A stretch of 64,000 nt of DNA. It comes from Eledone cirrhosa (taxonomy: Eukaryota). Numbering within the stretch: position 1 is the first letter of the stretch; the number at the start of each line of letters is the position of its first letter. The position numbers and the translations under genes were made by a program. Under the pieces are notes generated by a model, which worked only from the letters and a program-made list of their open reading frames with translations, was not told where the DNA came from and did no database searches. Shown piece after piece: positions 27,501 to 40,099 of the stretch. Location: NCBI GenBank assembly GCA_964016885.1, contig OZ024742.1, positions 24,490,001 through 24,554,000 on the forward strand, given 5' to 3'.

Positions 27501-30500
27501 CTGTTGCTGTAAGGCTGAAGGTATGAGATGACTGCTGTGGATTGTGGCTTGTTGTTGTGAGGCTGAAGGTATGAGATGACTGCTGTGGATTGTGGCTTGT
27601 TGTTGTGAGGCTGAAGGTATGAGATGACTGCTGTGGATTGTGGCTTGTTGTTGTGAGGCTGAAGGTATGAGATGACTGCTGTGGATTGTGGCTTGTTGTT
27701 GTGAGGCTGAAGGTATGAGATGACTGCTGTGGATTGTGGCCTGTTGCTGTAAGGCTGAAGGTATGAGATGACTGCTGTGGATTGTGGCTTGTTGTTGTGA
27801 GGCTGAAGGTATGAGATGACTGCTGTGGATTGTGGCTTGTTGTGAGGCTGAAGGTATGAGATGACTGCTGTGGATTGTGGCCTGTTGCTGTAAGGCTGAA
27901 GGTATGAGATGACTGCTGTGGATTGTGGCCTGTTGCTGTAAGGCTGAAGGTATGAGATGACTGCTGTGGATTGTGGCTTGTTGTTGTGAGGCTGAAGGTA
28001 TGAGATGACTGCTGTGGATTGTGCCTTGTTGTTGTGAGGCTGAAGGTATGAGATGACTGCTGTGGATTGTGGCTTGCTGTTGTGAGGCTGAAGGTATGAG
28101 ATGACTGCTGTGGATTGTGGCTTGTTGTTGTGAGGCTGAAGGTATGAGATGACTGCTGTGGATTGTGGCCTGTTGCTGTAAGGCTGAAGGTATGAGATGA
28201 CTGCTGTGGATTGTGGCCTGCTGCTGTAAGGCTGAAGGTATGAGATGACTGCTGTGGATTGTGGCCTGCTGCTGTAAGGCTGAAGGTATGAGATGACTGC
28301 TGTGGATTGTGGCTTGTTGTTGTGAGGCTGAAGTTATGAGATGACTGCTGTGGATTGTGGCCTGCTGCTGTAAGGCTGAAGGTATGAGATGACTGCTGTG
28401 GATTGTGGCCTGCTGCTGTAAGGCTGAAGGTATGAGATGACTGCTGTGAATTGTGGCCTGCTGCTGTAAGGCTGAAGGTATGAGATGACTGCTGTAGATT
28501 GTGGCCTGCTGCTGTAAGGCTGAAATATGAGATGACTACTGTGGATTGTGGCTTGTTGTTGTGAGGCTGAAGGTATGAGATGACTGCTGTGGATTGTGGC
28601 CTGCTGCTGTAAGGCTGAAGGTATGAGATGACTGCTGTGGATTGTGGCCTGTTGCTGTAAGGCTGAAGGTATGAGATGACTGATGTGAATTGTGGCCTGT
28701 TGCTGTAAGGCTGAAGGTATGAGATGACTGCTGTGGATTGTGGCTTGTTGTTGTGAGGCTGAAGGTATGAGATGACTGCTGTGGATTGTGGCTTGTTGTT
28801 GTGAGGCTGAAGGTATGAGATGACTGCTGTGGATTGTGGCCTGTTGCTGTAAGACTGAAGGTATGAGATGACTGCTGTGGATTGTGGCTTGTTGTTGTGA
28901 GGCTGAAGGTATGAGATGACTGCTGTGGATTGTGGCTTGTTGTTGTGAGGCTAAAGGTATGAGATGACTGCTGTGGATTGTGGCCTGCTGCTGTAAGGCT
29001 GAAGTTATGAGATGACTGCGGTGGATTGTGGCCTGCTGCTGTAAGGCTGAAGGTATGAGATGACTGCTGTGGATTGTGGCTTGTTGTTGTGAGGCTGAAG
29101 GTATGAGATGACTGCTGTGGATTGTGGATTGTTGTTGTGAGGCTTAAGGTATGACATGACTGCTGTGGATTGTGGCCTGCTGCTGTAAGGCTGAAGGTAT
29201 GAGATGACTGCTGTGGATTGTGGCTTGTTGTTGTGAGGCTGAAGGTATGAGATGACTGCTGTGGATTGTGGCTTGTTGTTGTGAGGCTGAAGGTATGAGA
29301 TGACTGCTGTGGATTGTGGCTTGTTGTTGTGAGGCTGAAGGTATGAGATGACTGCTGTGGATTGTGGCTTGTTGTTGTGAGGCTGAAGGTATGAGATGAC
29401 TGCTGTGGATTGTGGCCAGTTGCTGTAAGGCTGAAGGTATGAGATGACTGCTGTGGATTGTGGCCTGCTGCTGTAAGGCTGAAGGTATGAGATGACTGCT
29501 GTGGATTGTGGCCTGCTGCTGTAAGGCTGAAGGTATGAGATGACTGCTGTGGATTGTGGCTTGTTGTTGTGAGGCTGAAGTTATGAGATGACTGCTGTGG
29601 ATTGTGGCCTGCTGCTGTAAGGCTGAAGGTATGAGATGACTGCTGTAGATTGTGGCCTGCTGCTGTAAGGCTGAAGGTATGAGATGACTGCTGTGGATTG
29701 TGGCCTGCTGCTGTAAGGCTGAAGGTATGAGATGACTGCTGTGTATTGTGGCCTGCTGCTGTAAGGCTGAAGGTATGAGATGACTGCTGTAGATTGTGGC
29801 CTGCTGTTGCAAGGCTGAAATATGAGATGACTACTGTGGATTGTGGCTTGTTGTTGTGAGGCTGAAGGTATGAGATGACTGCTGTGGATTGTGGATTGTT
29901 GTTGTGAGGCTTAAGGTATGACATGACTGCTGTGGATTGTGGCCTGCTGCTGTAAGGCTGAAGGTATGAGATGACTGCTATGGATTGTGGCTTGTTGTTG
30001 TGAGGCTGAAGGTATGAGATGACTGCTGTGGATTGTGGCTTGTTGTTGTGAGGCTGAAGGTATGAGATGACTGCTGTGGATTGTGGCTTGTTGTTGTGAG
30101 GCTGAAGGTATGAGATGACTGCTGTGGATTGTGGCTTGTTGTTGTGAGGCTGAAGGTATGAGATGACTGCTGTGGATTGTGGCTTGTTGTTGTGAGGCTG
30201 AAGGTATGAGATGACTGCTGTGGATTGTGGCTTGTTGTTGTGAGGCTGAAGGTATGAGATGACTGCTGTGGATTGTGGCCTGTTGCTGTAAGGCTGAAGG
30301 TATGAGATGACTGCTGTGGATTGTGGCTTGTTGTTGTGAGGCTGAAGGTATGAGATGACTGCTGTGGATTGTGGCTTGTTGTGAGGCTGAAGGTATGAGA
30401 TGACTGCTGTGGATTGTGGCTTGTTGTTGTGAGGCTGAAGGTATGAGATGACTGCTGTGGATTGTGGCCTGCTGCTGTAAGGCTGAAGGTATGAGATGAC

Positions 30501-33500
30501 TGCTGTAGATTGTGGCCTGCTGCTGTAAGGCTGAAATATGAGATGACTACTGTGGATTGTGGCTTGTTGTTGTGAGGCTGAAGGTATGAGATGACTGCTG
30601 TGGATTGTGGCCTGCTGCTGTAAGGCTGAAGGTATGAGATGACTGCTGTGGATTGTGGCCTGTTGCTGTAAGGCTGAAGGTATGAGATGACTGCTGTGGA
30701 TTGTGGCCTGTTGCTGTAAGGCTGAAGGTATGAGATGACTGCTGTGGATTGTGGCTTGTTGTTGTGAGGCTGAAGGTATGAGATGACTGCTGTGGATTGT
30801 GCCTTGTTGTTGTGAGGCTGAAGGTATGAGATGACTGCTGTGGATTGTGGCTTGCTGTTGTGAGGCTGAAGGTATGAGATGACTGCTGTGGATTGTGGCT
30901 TGTTGTTGTGAGGCTGAAGGTATGAGATGACTGCTGTGGATTGTGGCCTGTTGCTGTAAGGCTGAAGGTATGAGATGACTGCTGTGGATTGTGGCCTGCT
31001 GCTGTAAGGCTGAAGGTATGAGATGACTGCTGTGGATTGTGGCCTGCTGCTGTAAGGCTGAAGGTATGAGATGACTGCTGTGGATTGTGGCTTGTTGTTG
31101 TGAGGCTGAAGGTATGAGATGACTGCTGTGGATTGTGGCCTGTTGCTGTAAGGCTGAAGGTATGAGATGACTGCTGTGGATTGTGGCTTGTTGTTGTGAG
31201 GCTGAAGGTATGAGATGACTGTTGTGGATTGTGGCCTGTTGCTGTAAGACTGAAGGTATGAGATGACTGCTGTGGATTGTGGCTTGTTGTTGTGAGGCTG
31301 AAGGTATGAGATGACTGCTGTGGATTGTGGCTTGTTGTTGTGAGGCTAAAGGTATGAGATGACTGCTGTGGATTGTGGCCTGCTGCTGTAAGACTGAAGT
31401 TATGAGATGACTGCGGTGGATTGTGGCCTGCTGCTGTAAGGCTGAAGGTATGAGATGACTGCTGTGGATTGTGGCTTGTTGTTGTGAGGCTGAAGGTATG
31501 AGATGACTGCTGTGGATTGTGGATTGTTGTTGTGAGGCTTAAGGTATGACATGACTGCTGTGGATTGTGGCCTGCTGCTGTAAGGCTGAAGGTATGAGAT
31601 GACTGCTGTGGATTGTGGCTTGTTGTTGTGAGGCTGAAGGTATGAGATGACTGCTGTGGATTGTGGCTTGTTGTTGTGAGGCTGAAGGTATGAGATGACT
31701 GCTGTGGATTGTGGCTTGTTGTTGTGAGGCCGAAGTTATGAGATGACTGCTGTGGATTGTGGCCTGCTGCTGTAAGGCTGAAGGTATGAGATGACTGCTG
31801 TGGATTGTGGCCTGCTGCTGTAAGGCTGAAGGTATGAGATGACTGCTGTGGATTGTGGCCTGCTGCTGTAAGGCTGAAGTTATGAGATGACTGCTGTGGA
31901 TTGTGGCCTGTTGCTGTAAGGCTGAAGGTATGAGATGACTGCTGTGGATTGTGGCCTGCTGCTGTAAGGCTTAAGGTATGAGATGACTGCTGTGGATTGT
32001 GGCTTGTTGTTGTGAGGCTGAAGGTATGAGATGACTGATGTGGATTGTGGCTTGTTGTTGTGAGGCTGAAGGTACGAGATGACTGCTGTGGATTGTGGCT
32101 TGTTGTTGTGAGGCTGAAGGTATGAGATGACTGCTGTGGATTGTGGCCTTTTGCTGTAAGGCTGAAGGTCTGAGATGACTGCTGTGGATTGTGGCCTGCT
32201 GCTGTAAGGCTGAAAGTATGAGATGACTGTTGTGGATTGTGGCCTGCTGCTGTAAGGCTGAAGGTATGAGATGACTGCTGTGAATCGTGGCCTGCTGCTG
32301 TAAGGCTGAAGGTATGAGATGACTGCTGTAGATTGTGGCCTGCTGCTGTAAGGCTGAAATATGAGATGACTACTGTGGATTGTGGCTTGTTGTTGTGAGG
32401 CTGAAGGTATGAGATGACTGCTGTGGATTGTGGCCTGCTGCTGTAAGGCTGAAGTTATGAGATGACTGCTGTGGATTGTGGCCTGTTGCTGTAAGGCTGA
32501 AGGTATGAGATGACTGCTGTGGATTGTGGCCTGTTGCTGTAAGGCTGAAGGTATGAGATGACTGCTGTGGATTGTGGCTTGTTGTTGTGAGGCTGAAGGT
32601 ATGAGATGACTGCTGTGGATTGTGGCTTGTTGTTGTGAGGCTGAAGGTATGAGATGACTGCTGTGGATTGTGGCTTGTTGTTGTGAGGCTGAAGGTATGA
32701 GATGACTGCTGTGGATTGTGGCTTGTTGTTGTGAGGCTGAAGGTATGAGATGACTGCTGTGGATTGTGGCCTGTTGCTGTAAGGCTGAAGGTATGAGATG
32801 ACTGCTGTGGATTGTGGCTTGTTGTTGTGAGGCTGAAGGTATGAGATGACTGCTGTGGATTGTGCCTTGTTGTTGTGAGGCTGAAGGTATGAGATGACTG
32901 CTGTGGATTGTGGCTTGCTGTTGTGAGGCTGAAGGTATGAGATGACTGCTGTGGATTGTGGCTTGTTGTTGTGAGGCTGAAGGTATGAGATGACTGCTGT
33001 GGATTGTGGCCTGTTGCTGTAAGGCTGAAGGTATGAGATGACTGCTGTGGATTGTGGCCTGCTGCTGTAAGGCTGAAGGTATGAGATGACTGCTGTGGAT
33101 TGTGGCCTGCTGCTGTAAGGCTGAAGGTATGAGATGACTGCTGTGGATTGTGGCTTGTTGTTGTGAGGCTGAAGTTATGAGATGACTGCTGTGGATTGTG
33201 GCCTGCTGCTGTAAGGCTGAAGGTATGAGATGACTGCTGTGGATTGTGGCCTGCTGCTGTAAGGCTGAAGGTATGAGATGACTGCTGTGAATTGTGGCCT
33301 GCTGCTGTAAGGCTGAAGGTATGAGATGACTGCTGTAGATTGTGGCCTGCTGCTGTAAGGCTGAAATATGAGATGACTACTGTGGATTGTGGCTTGTTGT
33401 TGTGAGGCTGAAGGTATGAGATGACTGCTGTGGATTGTGGCCTGCTGCTGTAAGGCTGAAGGTATGAGATGACTGCTGTGGATTGTGGCCTGTTGCTGTA

Positions 33501-34500
33501 AGGCTGAAGGTATGAGATGACTGATGTGAATTGTGGCCTGTTGCTGTAAGGCTGAAGGTATGAGATGACTGCTGTGGATTGTGGCTTGTTGTTGTGAGGC
33601 TGAAGGTATGAGATGACTGCTGTGGATTGTGGCTTGTTGTTGTGAGGCTGAAGGTATGAGATGACTGCTGTGGATTGTGGCCTGTTGCTGTAAGACTGAA
33701 GGTATGAGATGACTGCTGTGGATTGTGGCTTGTTGTTGTGAGGCTGAAGGTATGAGATGACTGCTGTGGATTGTGGCTTGTTGTTGTGAGGCTAAAGGTA
33801 TGAGATGACTGCTGTGGATTGTGGCCTGCTGCTGTAAGGCTGAAGTTATGAGATGACTGCGGTGGATTGTGGCCTGCTGCTGTAAGGCTGAAGGTATGAG
33901 ATGACTGCTGTGGATTGTGGCTTGTTGTTGTGAGGCTGAAGGTATGAGATGACTGCTGTGGATTGTGGATTGTTGTTGTGAGGCTTAAGGTATGACATGA
34001 CTGCTGTGGATTGTGGCCTGCTGCTGTAAGGCTGAAGGTATGAGATGACTGCTGTGGATTGTGGCTTGTTGTTGTGAGGCTGAAGGTATGAGATGACTGC
34101 TGTGGATTGTGGCTTGTTGTTGTGAGGCTGAAGGTATGAGATGACTGCTGTGGATTGTGGCTTGTTGTTGTGAGGCTGAAGGTATGAGATGACTGCTGTG
34201 GATTGTGGCTTGTTGTTGTGAGGCTGAAGGTATGAGATGACTGCTGTGGATTGTGGCCAGTTGCTGTAAGGCTGAAGGTATGAGATGACTGCTGTGGATT
34301 GTGGCCTGCTGCTGTAAGGCTGAAGGTATGAGATGACTGCTGTGGATTGTGGCCTGCTGCTGTAAGGCTGAAGGTATGAGATGACTGCTGTGGATTGTGG
34401 CTTGTTGTTGTGAGGCTGAAGTTATGAGATGACTGCTGTGGATTGTGGCCTGCTGCTGTAAGGCTGAAGGTATGAGATGACTGCTGTAGATTGTGGCCTG
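16131..34500. repeat. ~8.6-kb higher-order duplication (8671 bp then 8575 bp, plus the start of a third copy at 33377)
   Basis: Offsets step by exactly one monomer: 16131/24802=8671, 17506/26129=8623, 19961/28536=8575, 23572/32147=8575, 24802/33377=8575. Confidence 0.88.
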
Positions 34501-37500
34501 CTGCTGTAAGGCTGAAGGTATGAGATGACTGCTGTGGATTGTGGACTGCTGCTGTAAGGCTGAAGTTATGAGATGACTGCTGTGGATTGTGGCCTGCTGC
34601 TGTAAGGCTGAAGGTATGAGATGACTGCTGTGGATTGTGGCTTGTTGTTGTGAGGCTGAAGTTATGAGATGACTGCTGTGGATTGTGGCCTGCTGCTGTA
34701 AGGCTGAAGGTATGAGATGACTGCTGTGGATTGTGGCCTGCTGCTGTAAGGCTGAAGGTATGAGATGACTGCTGTGGATTGTGGCCTGCTGCTGTAAGGC
34801 TGAAGGTATGAGATGACTGCTGTAGATTGTGGCCTGCTGCTGTAAGGCTGAAATATGAGATGACTACTGTGGATTGTGGCTTGTTGTTGTGAGGCTGAAG
34901 GTATGAGATGACTGCTGTGGATTGTGGCCTGCTGCTGTAAGGCTGAAGGTATGAGATGACTGCTGTGGATTGTGGCCTGTTGCTGTAAGGCTGAAGGTAT
35001 GAGATGACTGCTGTGGATTGTGGCCTGTTGCTGTAAGGCTGAAGGTATGAGATGACTGCTGTGGATTGTGGCTTGTTGTTGTGAGGCTGAAGGTATGAGA
35101 TGACTGTTGTGGATTGTGGCCTGTTGCTGTAAGACTGAAGGTATGAGATGACTGCTGTGGATTGTGGCTTGTTGTTGTGAGGCTGAAGGTATGAGATGAC
35201 TGCTGTGGATTGTGGCTTGTTGTTGTGAGGCTAAAGGTATGAGATGACTGCTGTGGATTGTGGCCTGCTGCTGTAAGACTGAAGTTATGAGATGACTGCG
35301 GTGGATTGTGGCCTGCTGCTGTAAGGCTGAAGGTATGAGATGACTGCTGTGGATTGTGGCTTGTTGTTGTGAGGCTGAAGGTATGAGATGACTGCTGTGG
35401 ATTGTGGATTGTTGTTGTGAGGCTTAAGGTATGACATGACTGCTGTGGATTGTGGCCTGCTGCTGTAAGGCTGAAGGTATGAGATGACTGCTGTGGATTG
35501 TGGCTTGTTGTTGTGAGGCTGAAGGTATGAGATGACTGCTGTGGATTGTGGCTTGTTGTTGTGAGGCTGAAGGTATGAGATGACTGCTGTGGATTGTGGC
35601 TTGTTGTTGTGAGGCCGAAGTTATGAGATGACTGCTGTGAATCGTGGCCTGCTGCTGTAAGGCTGAATGTATGAGATGACTGCTGTAGATTGTGGCCTGC
35701 TGCTGTAAGGCTGAAATATGAGATGACTACTGTGGATTGTGGCTTGTTGTTGTGAGGCTGAAGGTATGAGATGACTGCTGTGGATTGTGGCCTGCTGCTG
35801 TAAGGCTGAAGTTATGAGATGACTGCTGTGGATTGTGGCCTGTTGCTGTAAGGCTGAAGGTATGAGATGACTGCTGTGGATTGTGGCCTGTTGCTGTAAG
35901 GCTGAAGGTATGAGATGACTGCTGTGGATTGTGGCTTGTTGTTGTGAGGCTGAAGGTATGAGATGACTGCTGTGGATTGTGGCTTGTTGTTGTGAGGCTG
36001 AAGGTATGAGATGACTGCTGTGGATTGTGGCTTGTTGTTGTGAGGCTGAAGGTATGAGATGACTGCTGTGGATTGTGGCTTGTTGTTGTGAGGCTGAAGG
36101 TATGAGATGACTGCTGTGGATTGTGGCCTGTTGCTGTAAGGCTGAAGGTATGAGATGACTGCTGTGGATTGTGGCTTGTTGTTGTGAGGCTGAAGGTATG
36201 AGATGACTGCTGTGGATTGTGCCTTGTTGTTGTGAGGCTGAAGGTATGAGATGACTGCTGTGGATTGTGGCTTGCTGTTGTGAGGCTGAAGGTATGAGAT
36301 GACTGCTGTGGATTGTGGCTTGTTGTTGTGAGGCTGAAGGTATGAGATGACTGCTGTGGATTGTGGCCTGTTGCTGTAAGGCTGAAGGTATGAGATGACT
36401 GCTGTGGATTGTGGCCTGCTGCTGTAAGGCTGAAGGTATGAGATGACTGCTGTGGATTGTGGCCTGCTGCTGTAAGGCTGAAGGTATGAGATGACTGCTG
36501 TGGATTGTGGCTTGTTGTTGTGAGGCTGAAGTTATGAGATGACTGCTGTGGATTGTGGCCTGCTGCTGTAAGGCTGAAGGTATGAGATGACTGCTGTGGA
36601 TTGTGGCCTGCTGCTGTAAGGCTGAAGGTATGAGATGACTGCTGTGAATTGTGGCCTGCTGCTGTAAGGCTGAAGGTATGAGATGACTGGTGTAGATTGT
36701 GGCCTGCTGCTGTAAGGCTGAAATATGAGATGACTACTGTGGATTGTGGCTTGTTGTTGTGAGGCTGAAGGTATGAGATGACTGCTGTGGATTGTGGCCT
36801 GCTGCTGTAAGGCTGAAGGTATGAGATGACTGCTGTGGATTGTGGCCTGTTGCTGTAAGGCTGAAGGTATGAGATGACTGATGTGAATTGTGGCCTGTTG
36901 CTGTAAGGCTGAAGGTATGAGATGACTGCTGTGGATTGTGGCTTGTTGTTGTGAGGCTGAAGGTATGAGATGACTGCTGTGGATTGTGGCTTGTTGTTGT
37001 GAGGCTGAAGGTATGAGATGACTGCTGTGGATTGTGGCCTGTTGCTGTAAGACTGAAGGTATGAGATGACTGCTGTGGATTGTGGCTTGTTGTTGTGAGG
37101 CTGAAGGTATGAGATGACTGCTGTGGATTGTGGCTTGTTGTTGTGAGGCTAAAGGTATGAGATGACTGCTGTGGATTGTGGCCTGCTGCTGTAAGGCTGA
37201 AGTTATGAGATGACTGCGGTGGATTGTGGCCTGCTGCTGTAAGGCTGAAGGTATGAGATGACTGCTGTGGATTGTGGCTTGTTGTTGTAAGGCTGAAGGT
37301 ATGAGATGACTGCTGTGGATTGTGGATTGTTGTTGTGAGGCTTAAGGTATGACATGACTGCTGTGGATTGTGGCCTGCTGCTGTAAGGCTGAAGGTATGA
37401 GATGACTGCTGTGGATTGTGGCTTGTTGTTGTGAGGCTGAAGGTATGAGATGACTGCTGTGGATTGTGGCTTGTTGTTGTGAGGCTGAAGGTATGAGATG

Positions 37501-40099
37501 ACTGCTGTGGATTGTGGCTTGTTGTTGTGAGGCTGAAGGTATGAGATGACTGCTGTGGATTGTGGCTTGTTGTTGTGAGGCTGAAGGTATGAGATGACTG
37601 CTGTGGATTGTGGCCAGTTGCTGTAAGGCTGAAGGTATGAGATGACTGCTGTGGATTGTGGCCTGCTGCTGTAAGGCTGAAGGTATGAGATGACTGCTGT
37701 GGATTGTGGCCTGCTGCTGTAAGGCTGAAGGTATGAGATGACTGCTGTGGATTGTGGCTTGTTGTTGTGAGGCTGAAGTTATGAGATGACTGCTGTGGAT
37801 TGTGGCCTGCTGCTGTAAGGCTGAAGGTATGAGATGACTGCTGTGGATTGTGGCTTGTTGTTGTGAGGCTGAAGGTATGAGATGACTGCTGTGGATTGTG
37901 GCTTGTTGTTGTGAGGCTGAAGGTATGAGATGACTGCTGTGGATTGTGGCCTGTTGCTGTAAGGCTGAAGGTATGAGATGACTGCTGTGGATTGTGGCTT
38001 GTTGTTGTGAGGCTGAAGGTATGAGATGACTGCTGTGGATTGTGCCTTGTTGTTGTGAGGCTGAAGGTATGAGATGACTGCTGTGGATTGTGGCTTGCTG
38101 TTGTGAGGCTGAAGGTATGAGATGACTGCTGTGGATTGTGGCTTGTTGTTGTGAGGCTGAAGGTATGAGATGACTGCTGTGGATTGTGGCCTGTTGCTGT
38201 AAGGCTGAAGGTATGAGATGACTGCTGTGGATTGTGGCCTGCTGCTGTAAGGCTGAAGGTATGAGATGACTGCTGTGGATTGTGGCCTGCTGCTGTAAGG
38301 CTGAAGGTATGAGATGACTGCTGTGGATTGTGGCTTGTTGTTGTGAGGCTGAAGTTATGAGATGACTGCTGTGGATTGTGGCCTGCTGCTGTAAGGCTGA
38401 AGGTATGAGATGACTGCTGTGGATTGTGGCCTGCTGCTGTAAGGCTGAAGGTATGAGATGACTGCTGTGAATTGTGGCCTGCTGCTGTAAGGCTGAAGGT
38501 ATGAGATGACTGCTGTAGATTGTGGCCTGCTGCTGTAAGGCTGAAATATGAGATGACTACTGTGGATTGTGGCTTGTTGTTGTGAGGCTGAAGGTATGAG
38601 ATGACTGCTGTGGATTGTGGCCTGCTGCTGTAAGGCTGAAGGTATGAGATGACTGCTGTGGATTGTGGCCTGTTGCTGTAAGGCTGAAGGTATGAGATGA
38701 CTGATGTGAATTGTGGCCTGTTGCTGTAAGGCTGAAGGTATGAGATGACTGCTGTGGATTGTGGCTTGTTGTTGTGAGGCTGAAGGTATGAGATGACTGC
38801 TGTGGATTGTGGCTTGTTGTTGTGAGGCTGAAGGTATGAGATGACTGCTGTGGATTGTGGCCTGTTGCTGTAAGACTGAAGGTATGAGATGACTGCTGTG
38901 GATTGTGGCTTGTTGTTGTGAGGCTGAAGGTATGAGATGACTGCTGTGGATTGTGGCTTGTTGTTGTGAGGCTAAAGGTATGAGATGACTGCTGTGGATT
39001 GTGGCCTGCTGCTGTAAGGCTGAAGTTATGAGATGACTGCGGTGGATTGTGGCCTGCTGCTGTAAGGCTGAAGGTATGAGATGACTGCTGTGGATTGTGG
39101 CTTGTTGTTGTGAGGCTGAAGGTATGAGATGACTGCTGTGGATTGTGGATTGTTGTTGTGAGGCTTAAGGTATGACATGACTGCTGTGGATTGTGGCCTG
39201 CTGCTGTAAGGCTGAAGGTATGAGATGACTGCTGTGGATTGTGGCTTGTTGTTGTGAGGCTGAAGGTATGAGATGACTGCTGTGGATTGTGGCTTGTTGT
39301 TGTGAGGCTGAAGGTATGAGATGACTGCTGTGGATTGTGGCTTGTTGTTGTGAGGCTGAAGGTATGAGATGACTGCTGTGGATTGTGGCTTGTTGTTGTG
39401 AGGCTGAAGGTATGAGATGACTGCTGTGGATTGTGGCCAGTTGCTGTAAGGCTGAAGGTATGAGATGACTGCTGTGGATTGTGGCCTGCTGCTGTAAGGC
39501 TGAAGGTATGAGATGACTGCTGTGGATTGTGGCCTGCTGCTGTAAGGCTGAAGGTATGAGATGACTGCTGTGGATTGTGGCTTGTTGTTGTGAGGCTGAA
39601 GTTATGAGATGACTGCTGTGGATTGTGGCCTGCTGCTGTAAGGCTGAAGGTATGAGATGACTGCTGTGGATTGTGGCCTGCTGCTGTAAGGCTGAAGGTA
39701 TGAGATGACTGCTGTGGATTGTGGACTGCTGCTGTAAGGCTGAAGTTATGAGATGACTGCTGTGGATTGTGGCCTGTTGCTGTAAGGCTGAAGGTATGAG
39801 ATGACTGCTGTGGATTGTGGCCTGCTGCTGTAAGGCTGAAGGTATGAGATGACTGCTGTGGATTGTGGCCTGTTGCTGTAAGGCTGAAGGTATGAGATGA
39901 CTGCTGTGGATTGTGGCTTGTTGTTGTGAGGCTGAAGGTATGAGATGACTGCTGTGGATTGTGCCTTGTTGTTGTGAGGCTGAAGGTATGAGATGACTGC
40001 TGTGGATTGTGGCCTGCTGCTGTAAGGCTGAAGGTATGAGATGACTGCTGTGAATTGTGGCCTGCTGCTGTAAGGCTGAAATATGAGATGACTACTGTG

